This document shows positions 9,552 through 15,928 of a stretch of DNA of 32,000 bases, piece after piece. Numbering within the stretch: the first letter of the stretch is position 1; every line of letters starts with the position of its first letter. The translations under genes were made by a program, and so were the position numbers. The DNA comes from Halomicrobium mukohataei DSM 12286 (lineage in GTDB: Archaea > Halobacteriota > Halobacteria > Halobacteriales > Haloarculaceae): contig NC_013202.1 of NCBI RefSeq assembly GCF_000023965.1, positions 90,001 to 122,000 of the forward strand. The letters are read 5' to 3'. The notes under the pieces are model-generated. The model was not told the origin of the DNA. It saw nothing but the letters and a program-made list of their open reading frames with translations, and did not search any database.

Positions 9552-10301
9552 ATGGCTACGGGGGACACCGGAGGGACACTGACCGCGCTAGGCAAGACGT
9601 TCAGGATTGTCGAATACATGACCGAGACGGACGGGAGCGTCCGCATCACCGAACTGGCGACGGAACTGGACATCTCGAAGAGTACGGTCTACAAACACTT
9701 GAACACGCTCAGGTCGGAGGGATACGTCGACAAAGACGACGTGGCCTACCGGCTGAGCCCGCGCTTTATCGACGTTGGTGAACACGTCAAAGACTCGTTC
9801 GAGCCCTACGCCCAGGCGAAGCCGGCGATCGACAGCCTCGCCGAAACCACCGACGAGACGGCGGGACTCGTCCTCGAACACGATCGGCAGGCCGTCGATA
9901 TCTACTCGACGGTCGGCTCTCACCCGGAGGCGTGTTCGATGACGACGACGCGCCATCTCCACTGCAGCGCCCCCGGGAAGGCGATCCTCTCGACGCTGTC
10001 GGACGAGAGCGTCGACGAGATCCTCGAGGAACCGCTTGCGGCGCTGACGCCCGACACGATCACCGACACCGGTCGCCTCCGGAGCGAACTGCGACGGATC
10101 GGCGAACGCGGAATCGCCTTCGCTCGGGGCGAACAGCGCGCCGACGTCAACAGCGTCGCGGTGCCCATCGAGTTCGAGGACTACCAGGGTGCCGTCTACG
10201 TCGCCGGCACGGCGAGCCGGCTGTCGAGCAAGCGACTCGAAGAGGACGTACCGGGGATGGTGCTGAGTACGGTGCGAGAGATCGAAGCCAAGATCGCCTG
10301 A
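9552..10301 (+). CDS. IclR family transcriptional regulator (249 aa)
   Basis: N-terminal winged HTH (LGKTFRIVEYMTETDGSVRITELATELDISKSTVYKHLNTLRSEGYV) and a C-terminal IclR effector domain (HCSAPGKAILS..., IAFARGEQRADVNSVAVPI). Confidence 0.9.
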   Translation: MATGDTGGTLTALGKTFRIVEYMTETDGSVRITELATELDISKSTVYKHLNTLRSEGYVDKDDVAYRLSPRFIDVGEHVKDSFEPYAQAKPAIDSLAETTDETAGLVLEHDRQAVDIYSTVGSHPEACSMTTTRHLHCSAPGKAILSTLSDESVDEILEEPLAALTPDTITDTGRLRSELRRIGERGIAFARGEQRADVNSVAVPIEFEDYQGAVYVAGTASRLSSKRLEEDVPGMVLSTVREIEAKIA

Positions 10302-10380
10302 TACTGCCGGCTGTCACTGTTACAAGAGATCCGCGACCCCGTGGTCGCGAAATTCTGTACAGACGGACAGCCGGCAGTAT
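10301..10380. repeat. 80-bp palindromic element, copy A
   Basis: Perfect 15-nt arms: ATACTGCCGGCTGTC (10301-10315) and GACAGCCGGCAGTAT (10366-10380). The 50-nt interior has its own 8-bp stem, TCGCGACC-CCGT-GGTCGCGA. The first base is the A of the iclR TGA stop. Confidence 0.9.
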
Positions 10381-10868
10381 GAGACGAACGTCGTCGCTCA
10401 CCGACACGTCGCGCGACTGTCGAAGCGAGTCCTCACGCACCGCCGATCCGTCCCGGCGGAGCCCTCCGAGACAGCACGGCAATCTGTCCAGCCGACCGCA
10501 CAGCCGACGGCGTCGGCGAGGAGAGTCGGTGCCGACGGTGATCTCCGCTCGATACGTTCGTTTCACGATGAGAAATAGGCAGCAATCTGACGTGAGGGCG
10601 GTCGATCGACAGCCTGCCCCAGCGAGTGCGAGGGCGACTGTCGGTAGCCGCTCCGGGGAGTACTCGCACGAACGGCACTGGACCGTCCACGTGCGCGCCG
10701 TCGGGGTCCGTTCGTCGTCCCCGCCCACGGGGCAACACCCCAGGAGAGGTGTTCCGGCAGTACGATCTACCGGCCTCTTTCGAGTCGTTTCACATTGTAG
10801 AACGTCGACGCTCCGCCGTGGACCAGCGGCGTGTGGGAGTCGTCGACCGAAGCCGACACCGAGAGCAG

Positions 10869-10960
10869 ACGCTGCCAGCTCGCTCGGACTGTCCGTCCGT
10901 CTGTAGCGTGTCTCATCGCTCTGGCTGGCGAGGCACCGAAACGGCGACAGCCGGCAGTAA
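10869..10960. repeat. Decayed copy of the palindromic element (solo right arm with a weak left arm)
   Basis: GACAGCCGGCAGTAA at 10946-10960 matches the copy-A right arm at 14 of 15 positions. A weak possible left arm, ACGCTGCCAGCTCG, lies at 10869-10882 (9 of 14). A further 9-mer, CCGGCAGTA, lies at 10754-10762. Confidence 0.4.
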
Positions 10961-11142
10961 CGGCCGTCTGGCACCGCGACAGACGACGTGTGACGGTGAT
11001 CCGAGCCCGCCTCAGTAACGACAGTACTATCGTTACTATCAAAAGCGGCGTCGAGACTGTCATGCACTATGATGAAACACTTGGCGATACATAACCCTTA
11101 CCGTGGTTACCGTTGACAGTGGCAAGCGACGGCGGCGTCGCG

Positions 11143-12213
11143 CTACTCGACGACGCCGTTCTCGACGCCAGTGACTCGCTCGCGCCCGCCGTACGTACTC
11201 GCCGTGAGCTCGACGGAGACGGTTTCGCCCGGTTCGAGGGTCTTCATGGTCCCGTTCTCGCGCTGTGCCTCCGGATACGAGTGGCCGGGGTAGGCCGTCG
11301 TCGGTTCGAGCCCCGCGGTGTAGTTGCGGCCCCAGAACGGGGACTCGTCCATGCCGCCGAAGGCCTGCCAGTACCACAGCGACTCGAAGTGCTCGGCCGG
11401 GTACGACAGCGCGAAGCCGACGTCGAGCTCGCTGTTGGTGACGGCGTACCACCCCTCGTCGACGCCCAGCAGGTACGCCTGGTCGTGGATCTCGCTGTCG
11501 GTCGGCGGGAACGCGGTGAGATCGACGTCCTCACCGTCGACGGCTTCGGCGGTCGGCCACTCGAAGTGCTGGTCGCCCGCCAGGCGGTTGGTCTCGTGGC
11601 CCTCCGGGTAGTCGTCGATGTAGCTCTCACCCGCGGGCACGTCGAGGCGCGCGTCGGGACCGATCAGCGGCCGGCCGAGCGCGACGTGGTGCTGCCAGGC
11701 GTATTCGAGTTCGTACTCGCCCTCGTTGGTCACCGACTCGGCCACCAACAGGCTCGACTCGTCGGCCGGCAGCGTCAGCTCTCGGGTCACCGCGAAGGGG
11801 TACCGCCGGAGACGCGTCGAGAGTTCGAGAGTGACGGCGTCGTCGTCGTCCCGCGTCACCGTCGCGTCCCACGGAATGAGCGCACTCTCACCGTGGTGGT
11901 CGTAGTGGTTGCCCGGAATCGACATCGGGCCGCCAGCGACCGGCAGGTTCAGCTGCCAGCCGCCGGGGTAGTGCTCGTTCCACGTCATCTCCGTCGAGGG
12001 GATGACGCGGTCGCCGGGCGGGTCCCACTGGTAGTCGGCGTGGTACAGCACGTCCACGTCGGTGCGCTTGTCGCGGAACTCCAGGATGTCGCCACCCTTG
12101 CCGGGGAGCACGAGCACGCGGAGGTGCTCGTTTTCCAGAATCGCGGCGTCCATCCCGCGATACGTGAAGTCCGTCGAGACGGACGGCCGGTCGTCGAAGT
12201 ATCCCATACCCAT
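11143..12213 (-). CDS. Galactose-mutarotase-fold protein (aldose 1-epimerase / DUF4432-like)
   Basis: Acidic, beta-rich protein whose layout resembles mutarotase-like proteins: ENEHLRVLVLPGKGGDILEF, HHGESALIPW, TNEGEYELEYAWQHHVALG, GLEPTTAYPG. The family call is from memory of the fold pattern and is not verified. The start is ATG 12213 or 12207 rather than 12249, because the TATA box at 12231-12240 lies inside the longer ORF. Confidence 0.6.
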   Translation of the reverse strand: MGMGYFDDRPSVSTDFTYRGMDAAILENEHLRVLVLPGKGGDILEFRDKRTDVDVLYHADYQWDPPGDRVIPSTEMTWNEHYPGGWQLNLPVAGGPMSIPGNHYDHHGESALIPWDATVTRDDDDAVTLELSTRLRRYPFAVTRELTLPADESSLLVAESVTNEGEYELEYAWQHHVALGRPLIGPDARLDVPAGESYIDDYPEGHETNRLAGDQHFEWPTAEAVDGEDVDLTAFPPTDSEIHDQAYLLGVDEGWYAVTNSELDVGFALSYPAEHFESLWYWQAFGGMDESPFWGRNYTAGLEPTTAYPGHSYPEAQRENGTMKTLEPGETVSVELTASTYGGRERVTGVENGVVE

Positions 12214-12230
12214 CGCTGTCGCTCGGGGGG

Positions 12231-12240
12231 TATAAAAATA
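12231..12240 (-). promoter_or_regulatory. TATA box for the mutarotase-fold gene
   Basis: Minus-strand TATTTTTATA, 20-30 nt upstream of ATG 12213/12207. Confidence 0.55.
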
Positions 12241-12271
12241 TCCCCGCATCGCGGTCGAGTCGACGGAAGTG

Positions 12272-12282
12272 TTATCAGATAA
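12272..12282. promoter_or_regulatory. Perfect palindrome TTATC-A-GATAA between two divergent TATA boxes (candidate operator)
   Basis: The 5-1-5 palindrome lies between the minus-strand TATA (12231-12240) and a plus-strand CTTTTATTTT box (12284-12293). Confidence 0.35.
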
Positions 12283-12614
12283 TCTTTTATTTTGGTGTCC
12301 TATCGGAATTCTTGTAGTCAGCTATCGATCGATGCGGTCCGGCGACGGCGAACGCTACGCCGTCACTGCCGCCGTGGCGGATACAGTTTCGAGAGGGGTT
12401 TTCGGGCCGTATACCTCCGTCCTGTCCCATCAACAGCCGTCGTCGAGCCACGGAGCGTCCGCAGTGACGAGCGCCGTACCATAACGCGCACTGACCCCCG
12501 GAGAGACGATCTCATCGCCGATTTCGCGCTGTCCAGTCGCCAGACGGAGGCGGAGTACCACGACGGGGCTCGAATGGCTGGCATCCGTTCTGAGTGTCGT
12601 CCTGTCCAGAACAG

Positions 12615-12641
12615 TTCTTTTTCGGAGTAGTATTTACTTTT
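12615..12641 (+). terminator. Plus-strand T-runs (candidate archaeal terminator)
   Basis: TTCTTTTT (12615-12622) is preceded by the palindrome AGAAC-A-GTTCT, and TATTTACTTTT follows at 12631-12641. The converging minus-strand methyltransferase transcript would read these as A-runs, so they only make sense for a plus-strand transcript. Confidence 0.35.
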
Positions 12642-12660
12642 GATATATTGGGGCCGTTCG

Positions 12661-13386
12661 TCACGCCGACAACCGAAACGCGAGGCTGTACATCCGACCG
12701 GCCGACTCGGAGCCGATCGCCGTCGCGAGTCGGTCGGCACGCGCTGCCAGCCGGTCGCCGAGATCCCCCGGACAGCCCGCCGCGTGGTCGCGGGCCGCCA
12801 CAGCGTGGGCCGACAGGTGATCCGCGGTCCAGGGGACCGGGTCGAGCAGCGTCCGCTCGCGGTCGAACGACCAGCCCCCACCGACGAAGCAGCGTCTGAG
12901 CGCGTCGGGCGGGTAGAACGTCAGCGCCGGCCCGCCGGTCGCAAGCTCCGCGGCGGCGTTCTCGACGGCGAACAGCTCGCGAACGGCGGCCGTCTCGGGC
13001 AACGGAGCGTAGTCGTCGATCACGAGGTGACAGCCCGGCGCTGCGACGCGGCGAAAGGTCGCCGCGACCGCCGACAGTTCGGCGGGATCGAGGACGTTAC
13101 AGAGCCCGTGGGCCGTGATCAGCTCGATCGAGTCGTCGGCCAGCGCCAGCGTTCGCAGGTCCGATTCGAGGACGGCCAGTCGGTCCGAGCGCGTGTCGCC
13201 GTCGGCCACCCGTTCGCGGGTCGTCCGGGCGTGTGCCCGATCGTTCGTGACGGCGTAGACCCGCTCGGCACCGGCATCGAGGAGTCCGGCGGTCGCGTTG
13301 CCGACGCCGGCACCGGCCTCCAGACAGCGTCGGCCCTCGACCGGGCGGTCCGCGAGGGCGGTGGTGACCGTGCTGGGGACGGCCAT
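12661..13386 (-). CDS. Class I SAM-dependent methyltransferase (241 aa)
   Basis: Motif I CLEAGAGVGNAT, then an acidic motif II region (VYAVTND) and HLVIDDY. The start abuts the aldo/keto reductase stop (13386/13387), so the two genes form an operon. Confidence 0.8.
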   Translation of the reverse strand: MAVPSTVTTALADRPVEGRRCLEAGAGVGNATAGLLDAGAERVYAVTNDRAHARTTRERVADGDTRSDRLAVLESDLRTLALADDSIELITAHGLCNVLDPAELSAVAATFRRVAAPGCHLVIDDYAPLPETAAVRELFAVENAAAELATGGPALTFYPPDALRRCFVGGGWSFDRERTLLDPVPWTADHLSAHAVAARDHAAGCPGDLGDRLAARADRLATAIGSESAGRMYSLAFRLSA

Positions 13387-14271
13387 TCAGTGGTGGAGCT
13401 GTTCGGGGACCGGGCTGTCGTCGTGGCGCACCCGCTCGATCAGCGACCGCTGGGCGGCCTCGTCCATCTCCTCGTAGTCGGCGGCGGCTTCGAGAATCAT
13501 CGTCACGAGCTTGGGATCGCCCGCGCTGACGACGCTGGTGAGCCCCTGTGAGGCCGCGAAGTCGAACCGTCGCCGGATCTCGTCGGGAGCCGTGACCGGT
13601 CGGTACCAGTTCGCGAACGGGCGATCTGCTTCGGGGAGGTCGTCGGTGTCGGGCCAGGAGCCGGCGGCGAAGGCCTTGATGCCGAGGGTGCCGATGTCGG
13701 CCGCGTGGGCCCGATCGAGCACCGCCTCGTAGTCGTGGTCGCCGTCGTCCTTCGCGGCGACGACCGGGTTCAGCGGGAACATCAGCGAGTCCAGATCGTC
13801 GATGCGATCGATCGCGTCGAGGACGAGCGCCGGCTCGCTGTGGCTGGTCAGCCCGATGTGATCGATCAGGCCCTCCTCTCGGGCCTCGCGGAAGGCCCGC
13901 AGTGCGCCGTCGTCGCCGGTGATCGCGTCGAGTTCGTCGTCGTACTCCAGCCCGTGGACCTGGTAGAGGTCGATCGAGTCGAGGCCGAGGCGGTCCAGCG
14001 ACCGTTCGAGCATCTCCCAGGCCCCCTCGTAATCGCGTTCCTGGGTCTTGCACCCGAGGAAGATCTCCTCGCGGTGCTGGCGGAGCTTCGGGCCGAGCTT
14101 CAGCTCCGCGTCGCCGTAGGTCGGTGCCACGTCGAAGTGATTGACGCCGTAGTCGAGCACGTGTTCGACCAGCTGATCCGCGCCCTCCTGTTCGAGCCAG
14201 TTGAGCGCGATCGTCCCGAAGGTCACGACGGTGCTGTCCTGACCGGTGTCGCCGAGCGGGCGTGTCTCCAT
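13387..14271 (-). CDS. Aldo/keto reductase
   Basis: AKR motifs are FDVAPTYGDAE, LGCKT, IDLYQVHG and IGLTSH. I prefer ATG 14271 (METRPLGDTG) to the track start 14316, because a CTTATG box at 14295-14302 lies about 27 nt upstream of 14271. Confidence 0.88.
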   Translation of the reverse strand: METRPLGDTGQDSTVVTFGTIALNWLEQEGADQLVEHVLDYGVNHFDVAPTYGDAELKLGPKLRQHREEIFLGCKTQERDYEGAWEMLERSLDRLGLDSIDLYQVHGLEYDDELDAITGDDGALRAFREAREEGLIDHIGLTSHSEPALVLDAIDRIDDLDSLMFPLNPVVAAKDDGDHDYEAVLDRAHAADIGTLGIKAFAAGSWPDTDDLPEADRPFANWYRPVTAPDEIRRRFDFAASQGLTSVVSAGDPKLVTMILEAAADYEEMDEAAQRSLIERVRHDDSPVPEQLHH

Positions 14272-14294
14272 ACCCGAACGTGGGGCTGGGAGAT

Positions 14295-14302
14295 GCATAA
14301 GC
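14295..14302 (-). promoter_or_regulatory. TATA-like box for the AKR-methyltransferase operon
   Basis: Minus-strand GCTTATGC, centred about 27 nt upstream of ATG 14271. Confidence 0.45.
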
Positions 14303-14312
14303 GTTGCAGCGC

Positions 14313-14519
14313 TCACCGCCCCGAATCGTCGATCCGGGGGTCGAGCACGCCGTAGGAGAGGTCTTGCACGACGTTGCCGACGACGCCGTGGCCGCGCTCG
14401 CGGACGGCGACCTCGATCGGGCGTCCGAGCGACTGGCGGCCGTCCTCCCGAGCGTCTGCGAGCAGCAGGTCCCGGAGACGGTCACCGTCGCCGGGCGGCC
14501 GGTTAGGTGTCACCGGCAC
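14313..14519 (-). CDS. Possible small protein (68 aa), very uncertain
   Basis: GTG at 14519 (or 14513) lies in the frame of track ORF 14313-14636, 43 nt downstream of the preceding gene's stop. The sequence is PVTPNRPPGDGDRLRDLLLADAREDGRQSLGRPIEVAVRERGHGVVGNVVQDLSYGVLDPRIDDSGR. The exact antisense frame is also open (14304-14555, TTG start), so coding status is unresolved. Confidence 0.25.
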   Translation of the reverse strand: MPVTPNRPPGDGDRLRDLLLADAREDGRQSLGRPIEVAVRERGHGVVGNVVQDLSYGVLDPRIDDSGR

Positions 14520-14562
14520 GATCCGTCGATCGACGCCGAACCGCGGTCTGAGTAGCCCACAG

Positions 14563-15372
14563 TCACGGCCGCCGTTCGATCGCGTCACGGAGTGTCGACA
14601 GGAGTTCGTCGGGGCGAGCCAGTTCGTCGACCGCACAGCGGATCGGGAACGGCCACGGCAACGAGCGCCGAATCGAGATGGCGTCGGGACCGCGCTTGAC
14701 CGACGACAGCTGCCCGGCCGGGACGAACTGATAGACGACCGTCCCGCTGGCGCGGATCAGCAGACCGTCGTCGAACAGCTGGTAGGTTCGGCTCCGCCGG
14801 TAAAAGATGGACTGAGCGATCAGCACGCCCCCGATGCCGGGCAGGAGCCTCACGCCTGGCAGATGAACGAGCAACGGCAGAGCGAGGGCGGCGATCCCGC
14901 CGACGAAACTCGCGACTCTGACGCGCCGGCTGTACCGGGCGTCCGGCCGTGCGCGCCACTCGGCGATCGGTGAGTGGGCCGCGTTCAGCAGGACGGCGTA
15001 CCGGTTGGTCGTCGCCACGTAGAGGGCTCCACTCGCCACGAACACGGCCAGTAGACCCAGCAAGAGTCCGTCGTCGGGCGACCCACTGAGATCGAGAGCC
15101 GGAAACAGGAACGGAGCCACCACGACGACTCCCAGCGGCACGGCGAGCACGCCGAGGTGGACGCGAGCCCGGACGAGCGAGATCGGGAGCGAGGGCACAC
15201 GCAGCGCAAGCACCGTGGCCGCGATCCCACAGAGCAGTGCGAGCGAGATCGGGACTGGAGCGACGAACGCGGTCCCCGGCACCACCGCAGCGGCGGGCAC
15301 ACCGACGAGCACCGCCGTCGCAGTGCCGACGGCGACCGCGAACGACCGCTTGGAGGGCTGGCGGAACGACAT
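14563..15372 (-). CDS. Multi-TM membrane protein with a C-terminal soluble, PH-like domain (269 aa)
   Basis: ATG 15372 (MSFRQPSKRS) is preferred over 15447, with a TTTAGG box about 26 nt upstream. There are about 6 hydrophobic helices. The C-terminal YQLFDDGLLIRASGTVVYQFVPAGQLSSVKRGPDAISIRR resembles bacterial PH (YdbT-like) domains; this is my pattern recognition only. Confidence 0.6.
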   Translation of the reverse strand: MSFRQPSKRSFAVAVGTATAVLVGVPAAAVVPGTAFVAPVPISLALLCGIAATVLALRVPSLPISLVRARVHLGVLAVPLGVVVVAPFLFPALDLSGSPDDGLLLGLLAVFVASGALYVATTNRYAVLLNAAHSPIAEWRARPDARYSRRVRVASFVGGIAALALPLLVHLPGVRLLPGIGGVLIAQSIFYRRSRTYQLFDDGLLIRASGTVVYQFVPAGQLSSVKRGPDAISIRRSLPWPFPIRCAVDELARPDELLSTLRDAIERRP

Positions 15373-15394
15373 AGTTTCACGCACTCCGGGCGGG

Positions 15395-15402
15395 CCTAAA
15401 CC
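15395..15402 (-). promoter_or_regulatory. TATA-like box for the PH-like membrane protein gene
   Basis: Minus-strand GGTTTAGG, centred about 26 nt upstream of ATG 15372. Confidence 0.4.
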
Positions 15403-15415
15403 GCTTGTGAAGCGG
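15401..15415 (-). terminator. Hairpin followed by U-run after the 168-aa membrane protein gene
   Basis: CCGCTT-GTG-AAGCGG (6-bp stem) starts 7 nt after the stop at 15422. On the minus-strand RNA it is followed by UUUAGG. Confidence 0.35.
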
Positions 15416-15421
15416 AGCCAC

Positions 15422-15928
15422 TCACCTGCCCCGCGCCGCCAGCGCACCGGCCAGACACAGCGCCGCGACGAGCAAGAAGACGGGGACCGTCAGGGACTGG
15501 CTTCCGAGACCGAGCTGGTAGGTCGACCAGCCGATGGCCGCGGCGAGGCCGCCGACCAGCGCCGTCCCACCGGCGTGGACGAGTTCGATCCGGACAGTCG
15601 TGGCCGACCGACCGAGCTGTGCCCCCAGGTCGATCGCCGTCCCGGCGCTGTCCCAGGCCAGGACCGTCGCGACGGCACCGACGAGCAGCGCCGTCACCGG
15701 TGCGCCCTGGACGCCGGCCGCGAGGACGCCGACGAACAGCGCCGCGGCCCCGGTCGAGACGGCGTCGTGTCGTGCGAGGGCGACGCCCGCGAGGACCAGT
15801 CCGACGCCGACGCCACCCACGGCGAGTGCGATCCACGAGAAGGCCCCGACGGCCGCGAGCGCGACGAGGGCGGCAAGCACCGCGAGCGCGCTGCCGGTCC
15901 GGGTCGGCGATCGGTCGATCCCGGTCAT
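15422..15928 (-). CDS. Polytopic membrane protein (168 aa), function unknown
   Basis: ATG 15928 overlaps the stop of the upstream DUF58 gene (ATGA). The sequence MTGIDRSPTRTGSALAVLAALVALAAVGAF leads into about 5 Ala/Gly/Val-rich TM helices. The longer track ORF to 16153 is Arg-rich read-through. Confidence 0.65.
   Translation of the reverse strand: MTGIDRSPTRTGSALAVLAALVALAAVGAFSWIALAVGGVGVGLVLAGVALARHDAVSTGAAALFVGVLAAGVQGAPVTALLVGAVATVLAWDSAGTAIDLGAQLGRSATTVRIELVHAGGTALVGGLAAAIGWSTYQLGLGSQSLTVPVFLLVAALCLAGALAARGR

Noticed and set aside
9932-11067. Track ORFs of 324 aa (+) and 306 aa (-) spanning the region after iclR
   Set aside because: Both overlap the well-supported iclR gene out of frame. 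They are Arg/Cys/Ser-rich with net basic charge, unlike every credible protein in this window. I treat the region as non-coding.
11113-12282. 389-aa plus-strand ORF antisense to the mutarotase-fold gene
   Set aside because: It is Val/Arg/Gly-rich and runs through the minus-strand gene's TATA box. The opposite frame is acidic and beta-rich with a coherent domain layout.
12269-12630. Small plus-strand ORFs (71 and 112 aa) in the 12214-12660 spacer as protein genes
   Set aside because: Their composition is not haloarchaeal-like, and they start upstream of the only plausible TATA-defined TSS. I kept only the transcription-unit hypothesis, as a finding.
13097-14485. 462-aa minus-strand ORF overlapping the methyltransferase and AKR genes
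   Set aside because: Extreme Arg/Pro content in an alternative frame of two genes that have clear family motifs.
14304-14555. 83-aa plus-strand ORF opposite the possible small minus-strand gene
   Set aside because: It has only a TTG start that sits inside the AKR promoter, and no in-frame ATG or GTG near the 5' end. It is probably the mirror image of GC-rich sequence, though its acidic composition means it cannot be fully dismissed.
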